A stretch of 64,000 bases of DNA, taken from contig CAWJQQ010000009.1 in assembly GCA_963845065.1 (NCBI GenBank), forward strand, positions 64,001 to 128,000. Reading direction: 5' to 3'. Shown here piece by piece: positions 41,747-52,625 of this stretch. Position numbers and translations under genes: made by a program. Position 1 is the first letter of the stretch. Each line of letters opens with the position of its first letter. The DNA is from Nitrospirota bacterium (GTDB lineage: Bacteria > Nitrospirota > UBA9217). The notes under the pieces are model-generated. The model did no database searches. It was not told the origin of the DNA and saw only the letters and a list, made by a program, of their open reading frames with translations.

Positions 41747-42019
41747 GTGGTTACGAAGAGGTGGCAATGGATCGTCTTCGATGACGAGAACCAGATCAAG
41801 ATACTTGCCGGAAAACTGGCGCCTTTTATCGATGCCGGTGAGATTGTGAGCGCAAAATACTGGAACGGTAATCCCAGTGCAATCAACGTCTATTCGCTTG
41901 ATCAGGACCGTTGGAAGACCAGGAGAATCCTTAAAAACCTCGGTGCACTCAACTACAACTTCCGTATATTCTTATCGTGGATGATTTCTTACATCTTTAG
42001 GGATCGAATTGATTTTTGA
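41747..42019 (+). pseudogene. Fragment of a hypothetical protein
   Basis: Protein-like core (WIVFDD...AKYWNG..AINVYS) with upstream in-frame stops. Confidence 0.35.
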
Positions 42020-42137
42020 CGGTTTTTAGGGTAGTTACAATTAGAACCGGTGATTAATTCCGCATAGGCAACGCGGAGAGCGTCAACCGGCATTAGCACC
42101 AGTGAATGGTTAGGTGTGCCGTTTCATATCATTTTTT

Positions 42138-42527
42138 TCAGGTGTCCTCTCGACCCGCTTTGTTCAAGACCTGCTTGCGAATCTCGTCACGCAGATAATC
42201 CAGCAACTCCTGAGGACTCAGACCTCTCCGTTGGGTCTCGATTCTGACCCAATTTAACAACAACAATCGCCGGGGAAGCAACATGCCATCAGTGCCAAGG
42301 GCTAGAGTAGTACCGCAAGGACAATTAGCCAGCGCGACGGACCCGATTGGTTGCATGGTGTTCCAATGGTCCAATTCTGCGTCGTAGGACATGGACTGCC
42401 CAAGACGTTTGGTGATCAGTATATACTCCCGGAGCGTGGTAAAACGCCGGTTACAATTGGGGTAGACCTTGGGGAAAAGTCCTTCAAAGTGTTCGCACAG
42501 AGTCTTGATAACTTCAATTTCAGTCAT
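42138..42527 (-). CDS. Hypothetical protein with probable metal-binding Cys motifs
   Basis: FPKVYPNCNRRF and NCPCGTTL motifs. Confidence 0.65.
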   Translation of the reverse strand: MTEIEVIKTLCEHFEGLFPKVYPNCNRRFTTLREYILITKRLGQSMSYDAELDHWNTMQPIGSVALANCPCGTTLALGTDGMLLPRRLLLLNWVRIETQRRGLSPQELLDYLRDEIRKQVLNKAGREDT

Positions 42528-42817
42528 AGTGGTAATAGTTGAGGCCTGGTCAATATGTAATTACAGCCGCGATTCACAAAATATATTCTACGAACGTTAT
42601 GCGTTTAAAACAACTTTATCTGTGATAAATATATTCTCAATGCGATATGATGTCAATAATAGTGAATGGGTCGAATGGGTAAAATTTTGTCAGAAGTGCT
42701 AACGAATACGAGTTGTAAATTGCACTATTGCAAAAAATGTAACCTCGTTTGCTACAGGATGAATACCGCAATTTAAAAAAGATGAAACCGTCGCGGACTT
42801 CAGAGTATATCATACTT

Positions 42818-44193
42818 CAGAGCTGTCCAAGATAATCTGATTTCCTAAACCTCAGTACTATAAATCAATGCTTTTAGACAGGTAAATCCATCAATCCAAA
42901 TCCAGGTTCCCCATTCTGCTGTCCAACTAACGAATAGTCAACAAAAGTTGTTCCGGCTCTGGCACAATCGGCGGCGTTTCAAAGGGGTTATCGAGCCATG
43001 ACCATAGATCTCGGTAAGTAAAAAGATTGTATCGTAACATAGCTATCAGATTCGATAATGACCATCCGAGCGTAGATCGAAACTTAAGGTATTTCAACAC
43101 CAGAATAGCTATCAATGCTGTCCAAATCTGAGTCATCAGGGCGTTCTGACTGGTTCCCACAAAGGTCTTGATCTTTAAATTCTGTTTGATTGTCTTAAAA
43201 AAGGTCTCTATCTGCCAGCGATCCTTATAAATACGTGATATGGTCGTTGCACCAAAGGTGAGATGGTTTGTCCACAGAACTATTATCCGCTCTTTTTTCT
43301 CATCCCACACTTCGATACGCCGTAACTGATAAGGGCACTTCAATTTGGAATAGTAGCCTGCCAGTTCAATGATCTGGTCTCTTAGGATATTCCGGTTTTC
43401 CGGGACATCCCGTTCTTCAACGACCTTGAAGAAGGAGCGTCTTTTTTGCTTTGTAACAAAATAGACACCTTCTTCCGTCCATCGCCCAAACAGATCATAA
43501 TCCACATAGCCCATATCGACGGCCAAAATGGAACCTTTCGGAAATTGGAGGGTATGGGCAATGTTTACTTCATGGACTTTCCCCTCGGTTACACAGGCAA
43601 AGACGGGAAGATACCCTTCATGATCCAATAACAAATGGAGTTTCACGGCACCTTTGGTCTGTCTGAACTTTGCCCAGTCAAACAACGTGGCGCACAGATC
43701 AATGACCGTCGCATCCAGGCTGAACAATTTGTTCTTAAATCGAAATTTTTTCTTCCCGCGTGAGAGAACCCAACATTTCGCCAATAGCTGATAAAATATC
43801 TTCTGATATAATTGCCACGGTCTATGCTCATTGGCATAGGACAGAGTGGACCGCCGCGGTGCTGAGTCTATTCCAAGGTGCTTAAGTTTTCCGAGACAGG
43901 TTGCTAGCCTACCGCATATTTCCCGAAGCGAATGCGCTTGCCCCAACTGGCAGAACAACATCGCTACAAACTGTCCCCAGCAGCTAAATCCTTTTACTCC
44001 TTTCTCTGCCCTTGTTTCTCTAACTGCCCTAATAAAATCCTGCTGAGTAAAAATGTGTAGAATCTGTCCGAACATGCTGGTAAACTTGTTCACGGGGATG
44101 TCCTCCTTCTGGTTTTGTAAGTCTTCGACAAACCTACTCTACCTGATTGAGGCTCCCCCTTCAATTACTTAAAATTTATCTTGGACAGATCTG
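42818..44193 (-). mobile_element. Complete IS4-family insertion sequence, 1376 bp
   Basis: 18 bp IRs cagagctgtccaagataa / ttatcttggacagatctg (1 mismatch); perfect 9 bp target duplication ATCATACTT at 42809-42817 and 44194-44202. Confidence 0.95.
42927..44093 (-). CDS. IS4 family transposase (DUF4372 + DDE)
   Basis: LDAT, VKLH, DMGY and YKDRWQIETFFK (YREK) motifs. Confidence 0.95.
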   Translation of the reverse strand: MNKFTSMFGQILHIFTQQDFIRAVRETRAEKGVKGFSCWGQFVAMLFCQLGQAHSLREICGRLATCLGKLKHLGIDSAPRRSTLSYANEHRPWQLYQKIFYQLLAKCWVLSRGKKKFRFKNKLFSLDATVIDLCATLFDWAKFRQTKGAVKLHLLLDHEGYLPVFACVTEGKVHEVNIAHTLQFPKGSILAVDMGYVDYDLFGRWTEEGVYFVTKQKRRSFFKVVEERDVPENRNILRDQIIELAGYYSKLKCPYQLRRIEVWDEKKERIIVLWTNHLTFGATTISRIYKDRWQIETFFKTIKQNLKIKTFVGTSQNALMTQIWTALIAILVLKYLKFRSTLGWSLSNLIAMLRYNLFTYRDLWSWLDNPFETPPIVPEPEQLLLTIR

Positions 44194-44489
44194 ATCATAC
44201 TTATAAAAGACATCATCAAGTAAAAGAGCATCTACCTTATTTGCCTGATGTTAATAATTGAAGCCTCCGCTCCGCAAATAGTCAACTTGGTTTGGGATGA
44301 ATCTGCTATATCTAAGCAGATCTTAGTACCAAGTATAAACCCCTATGCAAATCTCCCTTAAAAAAACTTCAAATGTCTTGAAAATACATATATAGAAAAA
44401 ATGTTCATAATAGAACTTTTATGAAAATCTGCATCGACGAGCCGATTAATGATTGAAACCTGCTGACAATAAAACCGATCGTGCATTAA

Positions 44490-44715
44490 CGACAATATAA
44501 CCGATTGCTGTCTGACCAGACAATACCAAGAAGATCATTTGTCCAGCCCGATGTGCTGGCTGTCTATATAATGCCATCAGGCGATGTGATGATTGTGCCG
44601 GAAGCTCCCACCGCCGCAAAGTGAGTGTCTAACCAAGTGATGACCACAAGATAATTTGTAGTGCCAGATGTGCGGCTTGTAATGCCGTCAGGGGCTGTGA
44701 GGACTGTGCTACTAC
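44490..44715 (-). pseudogene. Fragment of a BNR/beta-propeller repeat protein
   Basis: TVLTAPDGITSRTSGTTNYL..ITW...FAAVGASGTIITSPDGII*TASTSG; explains the imperfect DNA repeat at ~44550/44667. Confidence 0.65.
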
Positions 44716-44975
44716 ATCACACCGTTTCAAATCCCGTTCAGTTACACTCTGGAAGTAACGAAGCAGTAAGAGGTTGATTTGCAAAGTAGCCCGTTTTTGG
44801 AAGTTTTCTAAGGCGGGCTACGTTATTACGCCGGTAATAGTTTGGGGTAAATAACAATTGCCATAGCATAATGAGGGGGTTATTATATTATGTATATCCA
44901 TAGTAGTTTAAAAAGCAGAATTTGGATGGGCTACCCCCACAGAGGCAATGAAGTGCAAAAAGGAGAAATTGTTTT

Positions 44976-45731
44976 ATGGGAGATCGACAATCTAAAAACG
45001 GAGCGGTTTGTAAGGACATCGCTGCAGCAAAAACTGAAAAAATGACGGAACAATGGTATCTGCATTCTCAGAATTTTTTTACCGGCTTACATGCGGAGAA
45101 AGAATTATTTTTATCATGTTCGAAGGAAAGACACATTAAGAAAAACGACTTCATTTTTTATGAAGGGGAACTGGGTGAGAGCGTTTATTACATTCAAGAC
45201 GGCGAAGTCGGGATTTTCTATACTACTCCTATGGGCAAAGAATCGTTGGTCTTTATAAGACATGCAGGAGATATGTTTGGTCTTGCTGAAGCTATGAGTG
45301 GCGCAAAAAGAGCCTGTAACGCACGAACGATAAATGCGTGTTGTTTATATGAGATACAAAGGAAGGATTTAGAAAAACTGCTTTCGCAGAATTGGACGCT
45401 ATCACGGCGTGTCATAGAGATTCTCGGGAGCCGTTTGCGGTTTTTGGGAGAGCAACTAGAAAATATCATGTCATATGATGTTGCTACAAGATTGCTAAAG
45501 CTGTTATTTTATATGAGTCATCAAGAAATATCCGAGGATAATTTCAAAGACGGGCCTAGCATTATCCCGATAAAGCTTACCCAAGAACAGATCGCTTCAA
45601 TGATAGGATCGTGTCAGCAAACAGTAAGTGAAATATTAAAACACCTAGAGGCGGAAAGCGTTATCCAGATATCTCGGAATCGTCGAGAAATTACAGTTAA
45701 TCCTTATAAAATTGCTAAATATTTATTATAA
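44976..45731 (+). CDS. Crp/Fnr family transcriptional regulator
   Basis: cNMP domain (IFYEGE, GDMFGLAE) and HTH LTQEQIASMIGSCQQTVSEIL; AAGGAG RBS. Confidence 0.92.
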   Translation: MGDRQSKNGAVCKDIAAAKTEKMTEQWYLHSQNFFTGLHAEKELFLSCSKERHIKKNDFIFYEGELGESVYYIQDGEVGIFYTTPMGKESLVFIRHAGDMFGLAEAMSGAKRACNARTINACCLYEIQRKDLEKLLSQNWTLSRRVIEILGSRLRFLGEQLENIMSYDVATRLLKLLFYMSHQEISEDNFKDGPSIIPIKLTQEQIASMIGSCQQTVSEILKHLEAESVIQISRNRREITVNPYKIAKYLL

Positions 45732-46218
45732 GGTGTTCTTCCAATAATCTTCCTATCCCACTTTATCGTCCTGCCGATAGATATTCTTAAGACAATTTTG
45801 GTATTATCATTCACTGGCAATAACAACGAAAGCGATTTTCTTTTTTCCCTCGATGCTGCAAAACCAAAATAAAACGGATTGCAGATTTGTAGAGAGATCA
45901 AATAAAATTATCAGTCTTTCGGTGGCCGATCGTAAGAAAGGAGCAAACGGCACAGAGCAGCAATGGCCATTGCCAGTGTCGCAATCTCGTCGTTTGTCTC
46001 TAACTCTATTTTATTGGCCAAATTGTTACCCAACGTTATATTGACCGTATGCGGGTCAGCATGAAAAGACTGCTCTCATAATCCAAAAGAAGAATGGGGA
46101 TTCTGCAGTTTTGATGTGGGGGATTAGTAAGTCTGCCATATACCGATTATTAATCCCTTAATTGGCGGACATCAGAAGCACAACAAGGAAGAAAAAACAT
46201 ATTGGAAGGGAAAAATCT

Positions 46219-47742
46219 ATGGAAAAAAGTGGGGTAATTTCTATTAGTCAGCCAAGAATCACAAACGGTGTACTGCAGTATTTACGAAATAATTTAGCTG
46301 CGCAGCAAAGGAATGACAAAAAATGTCTTCTCGGTTATGTTTTTGCGTGGGCTGCATGGGCAGTGATTTTGTGGGGCATTGATATTTCATCTTTCGTTCC
46401 TACGTACCCGGCAAAAGCAGTGCTCGCAACCATCGTTTGGGCGTGCGTTATATGGGTGACCGACGCCATTCCCGTGGGCGTTTCCGGGCTGCTGATACCC
46501 ATGCTGCTCGTCGTGTCAAATGCCGTACCTAAAATATCGGAGGCATTCGGCGGGTTCACACTAGATGTAAGCTTTTTGTGTTTAGGGGCATTTATGTTTG
46601 CAGCTATACTATGGGCCGCGAATCTCGATACACGCATCGCTCTCGTTGTATTGTCAAAAATGAAGTCCGTCAAGGTAGGAAGAATTATCATCGGGCTATT
46701 CAGCACAAGTATGGTGCTGGCGCTTGCTGTACCGGCAGCCGTTGCACGGGCCGCAACGCTTCTTCCGGTGGTCAGGGGTATTACTCAACTCTTTGGCGAA
46801 AGCAAACCCGAAGACAACGCGAAAAAGGCTATCGTAATATCCTCTCTCGTATATGGGCCAATGGTCGGCGGCATTTTGATTATGACCGCCCATATGCCGA
46901 ACGTAATTATGGTGGGCCTTTTCGATAAACAGCTTAATATCCATATAACTTGGATACAGTGGTTATGGCTCCACCTACCCATTATTGGGCTTTTCCCTAT
47001 AATGTATTGGGTTCTGAGGTTCTTCTTCAGGTTTAAAAATGTGGAAGTCCCTGGGGGCATAGAAAAAATAGAGACGGCAAAGAAGGACCTTGGCGCAACC
47101 AAAAACTATGAGTGGGTCATTCTTTTGATTTTTGCGTTCGCTGCTGCGGCGTGGGCGCTCGAGGATGTCCTTCAAATAAAAACAGGGATGGTTACCCTCA
47201 TGGCTCTCGGTGTTTTCTTTATCCCGGGGATATTCCCGCTGAAATGGAAAGCGATCGAGAATAAAACCATATGGGGGACCTGGTTGTTATTGTGTGGAGC
47301 TCTGTCTATGTCTGCGGCCATGGGATCAACGGGGCTTGCAAAGGATCTTGCGAACGTCATCTATCCAGTTGTCTCAGGCAAGGGGTGGATTACAGTCCTG
47401 TTTATCATGATGATCTCCACACAGTTTATGCGTCTCGGGATGCTGAGTAATGTCGCGGCAGTAGCGATGATGGCTCCAATTTTATTAGAGATGGCGCCCC
47501 TCCTGAAAATGAACCCTGTATCATTTACACTACTAATCTCTAATCTAGATACTTTTGCTTTTGTAATCCCCACTCAAATTACGGCGGCGGTGATAGCTTA
47601 CGGCACCGGTGCTTTTAGCATGTCAGATTATGCCAAGGTAGGCTTGCCTATAATGCTGATAGCGATATTGTGGAGCATATTCGTTATGGCGCCATGGTAT
47701 GCATTAAATGGATTCCCCGTATGGAGCCCACTGATTCATTAG
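46219..47742 (+). CDS. SLC13/DASS family anion (sulfate/carboxylate) permease
   Basis: WVTDAIP, VPAAVARAA, TAHMPN, LSNVAA and IPTQ hairpin motifs; many TM helices. Confidence 0.88.
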   Translation: MEKSGVISISQPRITNGVLQYLRNNLAAQQRNDKKCLLGYVFAWAAWAVILWGIDISSFVPTYPAKAVLATIVWACVIWVTDAIPVGVSGLLIPMLLVVSNAVPKISEAFGGFTLDVSFLCLGAFMFAAILWAANLDTRIALVVLSKMKSVKVGRIIIGLFSTSMVLALAVPAAVARAATLLPVVRGITQLFGESKPEDNAKKAIVISSLVYGPMVGGILIMTAHMPNVIMVGLFDKQLNIHITWIQWLWLHLPIIGLFPIMYWVLRFFFRFKNVEVPGGIEKIETAKKDLGATKNYEWVILLIFAFAAAAWALEDVLQIKTGMVTLMALGVFFIPGIFPLKWKAIENKTIWGTWLLLCGALSMSAAMGSTGLAKDLANVIYPVVSGKGWITVLFIMMISTQFMRLGMLSNVAAVAMMAPILLEMAPLLKMNPVSFTLLISNLDTFAFVIPTQITAAVIAYGTGAFSMSDYAKVGLPIMLIAILWSIFVMAPWYALNGFPVWSPLIH

Positions 47743-47819
47743 GAACGGAGCGGATAAACCGTGAAGCTCGATTATGATCGTGTCGTGGCTACAATTTTAT
47801 AAAGATGGAGGTAAAAAGA

Positions 47820-49655
47820 ATGAATAAGGATTTACCGAAAACCGTAAACGACGTCGAAGAAGTAAGAATAGAGACAGACCTCCTTATCATCGGAGGAGGT
47901 AATGCCGGCTGCTTTGTTGCAATTGAAGCCAAAAAACATAATCCCGACCTTGACGTCACTATCATGGAAAAGGCGCACATCGACCGGAGCGGGGCGTTGG
48001 CGGCCGGTATGGACGCCATAAACACCTATCTCGGCGAAGGCGAAACAGCTGAGTCGTTAGTAGAGTGGAGCCGAGCGCAGGTCGGTGGAGGACCCCTGAG
48101 AGAAGACCTTGCTTTAAGCAACGCCAAAATACTTAATGAGTGCGTAGAGTCCCTCGAGGAATGGGGTGTTCCTTTCAAAAAGGACGAGAAGGGGAAATAC
48201 AAAAAACGCGGCAGGTTTGACATTTCGATACACGGGGAACAGTTGAAACCGATCATCGCAGAGAAGACAAAAAGTTATAACCCCAGGATACTGAATAGAG
48301 TGGCTGCCACTAATTTTCTAAAAGACGGCGACAGAGTAAACGGCGCCACGGGTTTCGGCATCAGGGACGGTAAATTCTATGTGATAAAAGCCAAGGCAAC
48401 GGTGGTCTCGACCGGTGGCGCTGCGGGGCTTTACCGTTCGTCAACCAACGATGGGACCACCAGTCATCATCAAATGTGGATGAACCCTTTTAACGTAGGC
48501 ACCGGCTATGCCATGGGAATCAGGGCAGCGGCAGAGTTCACGCTTATGGAACAGCGGTGGTGCGCAACTAGGGTGAAGGATTTCTGTGGGCCGGTTGACA
48601 CTATCTCGGTAGGCTATAAGGCCAAGATGATCAACGCAAAGGGTGAATCAATTCTCCAGAAACACTATGGGCATCTCGGCGGAGACGCGGCACCGCGCTT
48701 TATACGAGCGAATGCACCCATGAATGAATGGAGCGAAGGAAGAGGTCCGACCTTCGTGGACACACGGCATCTTTCGCCTGAACAGGTCAAAGATCTCAAA
48801 ATCGATTATCTCAATGAGCGGCCCACGTACGTGTTATTTTTGGCATCGCATGGGCAGGATCCGGCAAAAGAGCCCCTCGAGATTTATGGGAGCGATCCCT
48901 ATATCGTCGGCGGTCACACTGCGAGCGGCTATTGGGTGGATATCGACAGAATGTCTACTCTGCCCGGGCTTTTTGCCGCGGGTGAATGTGCAGGTGGGAT
49001 GCCCAATAAATTTGTAGGCGGGTGTGCGGCCGAAGGGGTACTCGCGGCGAGGGGCGCTGTAAAGTACATAATATCAATGGTTGGGAACTCCGCGCTTGAC
49101 GAAACGCAGGTGGCAGCAGAGAAGGAAAGGGTATTCTCTCCGCTTATGAGAGGAGTCAAGATGGAGCCAAAATATACCCTGCCAGTTGGACAAGAACCTC
49201 GCTGGCAGTTTGACGGCATAACGCCTGAAGAAATGGAGGAACGGCTCCAAAGGCTTATGGACGAGTACGCCGGGGGCGTAGGCCAGTTTTTTAAGTGCAA
49301 CGAAGAACAGCTCAACTATGCGCTTAAAAATATCAGCATGATGAAAGACCAGATATCTAAGCTTTTTGCAACGGACCTGCATAACCTCAGTCTCGTCCAT
49401 GACGTCATAGACCGCCTCGACGTTTCAGCGGTCGTCGCAATGCACTTGAGAGAAAGAAGGGAGTGCAGGTGGCCGGGCTGGCAGACGAGACCTGACTTTC
49501 CTAAAGTGGACCCGAACCTGGATTGTTTCATTAATTCGAGAAAAAACCCCAACACGGGAGAGATTGAGATGTTCAAGAGGCCATATGAACAGATACTGCC
49601 TGGCGACAGAACAAAATCTCTGTCACCTCTGCCGCTTTCCGCAGAGAAGGCGTGA
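47820..49655 (+). CDS. aprA: Adenylylsulfate reductase alpha-like flavoprotein (non-canonical lineage)
   Basis: IIGGGNAG, RSGALAAGMDAINTY, REDL, TRVKDFCGPV, PYIVGGHTASGYWVD, RLQRLMDEYAGG, RWPG; GGAGG RBS. Confidence 0.88.
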   Translation: MNKDLPKTVNDVEEVRIETDLLIIGGGNAGCFVAIEAKKHNPDLDVTIMEKAHIDRSGALAAGMDAINTYLGEGETAESLVEWSRAQVGGGPLREDLALSNAKILNECVESLEEWGVPFKKDEKGKYKKRGRFDISIHGEQLKPIIAEKTKSYNPRILNRVAATNFLKDGDRVNGATGFGIRDGKFYVIKAKATVVSTGGAAGLYRSSTNDGTTSHHQMWMNPFNVGTGYAMGIRAAAEFTLMEQRWCATRVKDFCGPVDTISVGYKAKMINAKGESILQKHYGHLGGDAAPRFIRANAPMNEWSEGRGPTFVDTRHLSPEQVKDLKIDYLNERPTYVLFLASHGQDPAKEPLEIYGSDPYIVGGHTASGYWVDIDRMSTLPGLFAAGECAGGMPNKFVGGCAAEGVLAARGAVKYIISMVGNSALDETQVAAEKERVFSPLMRGVKMEPKYTLPVGQEPRWQFDGITPEEMEERLQRLMDEYAGGVGQFFKCNEEQLNYALKNISMMKDQISKLFATDLHNLSLVHDVIDRLDVSAVVAMHLRERRECRWPGWQTRPDFPKVDPNLDCFINSRKNPNTGEIEMFKRPYEQILPGDRTKSLSPLPLSAEKA

Positions 49656-49695
49656 TCTGAGAACATAATTATAATATATCAAGGAGGAAAATCAC

Positions 49696-50022
49696 GTGCC
49701 ACCTTATGTTAATGAAAAAAAATGTGATGGTTGCAAAGGGAAGGAAGAACCTTTGTGTGAGCAGATATGCATCGGCGACCTAATGACGCTTGAACATGTG
49801 TCAGGGAAAGCATACTGCAGAGCCTTACGAGATTGCTGGGATTGCATGTCCTGCGCGAAAATCTGTCCCAAGGGCGCCATTGAGCAACGGATACCCTATC
49901 AACTGGGGTATCACGGCGCGAAGCTCATTCCCATGATGGGCACCGACTCCATAACTTGGACCTGCGTTGACATAAACGGCAAGGTGGAGCGTTTCTCCTT
50001 TCGCACGAGAAACAAAAAATAA
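49696..50022 (+). CDS. aprB: Adenylylsulfate reductase beta subunit
   Basis: KCDGCK....CEQICIGDLM, CWDCMSCAKICPKGAI and SITWT...NG..ERFSF AprB motifs; AAGGAGG RBS, GTG start. Confidence 0.9.
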   Translation: MPPYVNEKKCDGCKGKEEPLCEQICIGDLMTLEHVSGKAYCRALRDCWDCMSCAKICPKGAIEQRIPYQLGYHGAKLIPMMGTDSITWTCVDINGKVERFSFRTRNKK

Positions 50023-50036
50023 GGAGTTATCGGAGA

Positions 50037-52145
50037 ATGAGCGAAATAAAAATTGGTATTTACCTCTGCACCTGCGAAGGTGCAATTGAGAAGGTCATCG
50101 CTCTTGACTCGCTTGCAAAGGAAACAGCCGGTTGGCGCGCTGTAACCATTGTCCGTAAAGACGCCACTCTTTGTTCAGAGCGTGGGATTGGCTCGATACG
50201 GGAAGATGTCGTAAAGCACGGCCTTGATCGAGTACTAATAGCTGCATGTACCCCTTCTGTAAAGGCAAAAGAATTTTCTGACCTAGGTATTAACAAGCAC
50301 CTCGTCGAGAGGGTAAATTTCAGGGAACAATGCAGCAGCGTTCACGGTGATAATTCTGAAAATGCCACGAAAAAGGCTAAGGCCCTGCTTGGTTTATCTT
50401 ATGAAAAGATAAGGTATTCCAAGCCGCTCCATTCGTGTATGGTTCCAGCAGTGAAGAGCGCTTTAATTGTTGGCGGTGGCGTTGCCGGAATTAATGCAGC
50501 TCTTGATATTGCAGGAACGGATGTTGAGGTGTTTTTGGTCGAAAAAAGCCCCTCTCTTGGCGGAAAGGTAGTTCAGCTTCATAAGTACTTCCCCCGCATG
50601 TGTCCACCGTCCTGCGGCCTGGAAATTATGTTATCCAGGCTGGAGAGTCATCCACTAATTCATATTTTCACATCTTCCGAGATAGACTCTTTGAGCGGCT
50701 CCCCGGGCAAATTCGAGGCCCTCATAAGAACAGCGACGACCGAGGCAACCAATCTAGATAAAGAAGCCGTGACAAGCAAGATAACGGTCGGTGCTGTTAT
50801 AATCGCAACGGGATGGGAGCCTTATGATCCCACGCCACTCGCCGAATACGGATACGGAAAGCTTGAACATGTCGTCACGAACTTGGAATTCGAAAAGATA
50901 GTTCGTGAGCAAAAAAGATCGCTGTATGGCCCAAAGAAAACGGCTTTTATCCAGTGCGTCGGCAGTCGTAATGAACGCCAGCTCCCTTATTGCTCTGATA
51001 TTTGCTGCATGGTTAGCATCAAACAGGCGCTTTTATTAAAAGAGATCAACCCAGAAAATGAAGTGTATATTTTTTACAATGATATCAGGACTCCAGGCGA
51101 GTATGAAGATTTATACCGGCAGGCACGAATGTGCGGAATAAAATTCATTAAAGGTATGCCATCGGAACTGAGGCAGGGCACGCCAGGAAATATATTTTTC
51201 CCCGTCTTCGACACGGTGGCGGGAGAGCGGCTTGAGATCAATGTTGACAGTGTAGTTCTCGCAACAGGCATGAAGTCTGCCCTCGGTAACAATGATCTGA
51301 AGGATAAGATCGGCATTGTCCTGAACAAAAACAACTTTATTGAATCCCACCTCCAATGTTGTCCCCAAGATACCCGTAGAGCGGGAATATTCAGCGCCGG
51401 CTGCTGCCGAGCGCCCATGGATGTATCGAGGTCAATCGATAGTGCGGGAGCCGCCGCGATCAAGGCTCTTCAGTTTCTTAAAAGCGAAATTGAAGTCAGT
51501 CCCGGTTATCCCGTCGTCAATACCTTGAAATGTGATGTCTGTAAGCGATGTGTTGAAGAATGCCCCAACAAGGCTTACTCATTCGACCAGAAGGGCTTTC
51601 CCATTGTTGACATCCTAAAGTGCAGCCAATGCGGCATATGCATGGGAAGCTGTCCCCTTGGGTCAATCTCCCTCGGGGATCTGTCGATAGAACAACTCTC
51701 GGGCATGATAGACGTTATGGATAAATCTTATCTGGGTGACGATGAACCCGTCATTCTGGGTTTTTTATGTAAAAATGACGCATACAGAGCAGCGGATGAC
51801 TCTGGTTCTAAAGACATCTGCTATCCACCCAACATGCTCAGCATTATGGTCCCCTGTTCAGGCGCAGTGAACGGCATGATTGTTTCAGAAGCCATTTCAA
51901 AAGGTGTTGACGGTATTCTGATTGCCGGATGCCCCGATAACCAGTGCCACTATAGCCAGGGTAGCACGTTGGCAAAAGCAAGATTGGCGGATGTTTCGAA
52001 CAAGCTCAAGGATATGTATATAGAGCCAGAGAGGGTCCGCTTTATTAGCATCAGCAGGGACGAGACGGAGAAGTTCGTCGACGCGGTAAATGAATACGTT
52101 CAGGTGTTAAAAAAATTAGGAAGGAACCAGATGCGGATTCAGTAA
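50037..52145 (+). CDS. HdrA/Qmo-like flavoprotein fused to ferredoxin and MvhD domains (QmoB frame with QmoA-type core)
   Basis: YLCTC/AACTP/NFREQC N-domain; GGGVAG; KYFPRMCPPSCGLEI; FIQCVGSR..YCSDICC; CDVCKRCVEECP, CSQCGICMGSCP; FLCKNDAY, VPCSG, GC..QCHY. Confidence 0.88.
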   Translation: MSEIKIGIYLCTCEGAIEKVIALDSLAKETAGWRAVTIVRKDATLCSERGIGSIREDVVKHGLDRVLIAACTPSVKAKEFSDLGINKHLVERVNFREQCSSVHGDNSENATKKAKALLGLSYEKIRYSKPLHSCMVPAVKSALIVGGGVAGINAALDIAGTDVEVFLVEKSPSLGGKVVQLHKYFPRMCPPSCGLEIMLSRLESHPLIHIFTSSEIDSLSGSPGKFEALIRTATTEATNLDKEAVTSKITVGAVIIATGWEPYDPTPLAEYGYGKLEHVVTNLEFEKIVREQKRSLYGPKKTAFIQCVGSRNERQLPYCSDICCMVSIKQALLLKEINPENEVYIFYNDIRTPGEYEDLYRQARMCGIKFIKGMPSELRQGTPGNIFFPVFDTVAGERLEINVDSVVLATGMKSALGNNDLKDKIGIVLNKNNFIESHLQCCPQDTRRAGIFSAGCCRAPMDVSRSIDSAGAAAIKALQFLKSEIEVSPGYPVVNTLKCDVCKRCVEECPNKAYSFDQKGFPIVDILKCSQCGICMGSCPLGSISLGDLSIEQLSGMIDVMDKSYLGDDEPVILGFLCKNDAYRAADDSGSKDICYPPNMLSIMVPCSGAVNGMIVSEAISKGVDGILIAGCPDNQCHYSQGSTLAKARLADVSNKLKDMYIEPERVRFISISRDETEKFVDAVNEYVQVLKKLGRNQMRIQ

Positions 52146-52175
52146 AATACTCGGTGGTATTGGACACTTTCAGAT

Positions 52176-52625
52176 ATGAATAGAGATTATTTCGATAAAG
52201 AGAAGTTGAGCTCCTGTTACCATTGTGGAAGGTGTACTTCTGGATGTATGGTGAATGGATTCGACGCTTCATTCCAACCTCATAAACTTCTCCATCTCAT
52301 CAGCATAGGGGCACTTGATAAACTTTTGCATAGTGACTCCATCTGGAAATGCACCACGTGTTTCACATGTTCCGAAAGGTGCCCACAGGATATCAGGATC
52401 ACTGACATTCTCTGGGCTTTAAGAGCGCTAGCGACGAAATCGGGTCATGTTCCAGCTCCGGTTGCAGGACAGAAAAATGCCCTACTTAAGACTGGAAGGC
52501 TGTATGCCACAAATACCATGGATAACAAAAAACGGGAGAGGGCAGGGCTTCCAGCGCTTGCCGAAGACTCTCCCGTGGTCAATCTGATATTTGAGGCTTC
52601 TGAAGCGGAGAGCAAATCATTATGA
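52176..52625 (+). CDS. hdrC: Heterodisulfide reductase subunit C-like
   Basis: CYHCGRCTSGC and IWKCTTCFTCSERCPQ. Confidence 0.9.
   Translation: MNRDYFDKEKLSSCYHCGRCTSGCMVNGFDASFQPHKLLHLISIGALDKLLHSDSIWKCTTCFTCSERCPQDIRITDILWALRALATKSGHVPAPVAGQKNALLKTGRLYATNTMDNKKRERAGLPALAEDSPVVNLIFEASEAESKSL

Noticed and set aside
45732..46218. Riboswitch in the long leader before the DASS permease
   Set aside because: I could not match SAM, c-di-GMP or other conserved riboswitch motifs by eye; an Rfam scan would be needed
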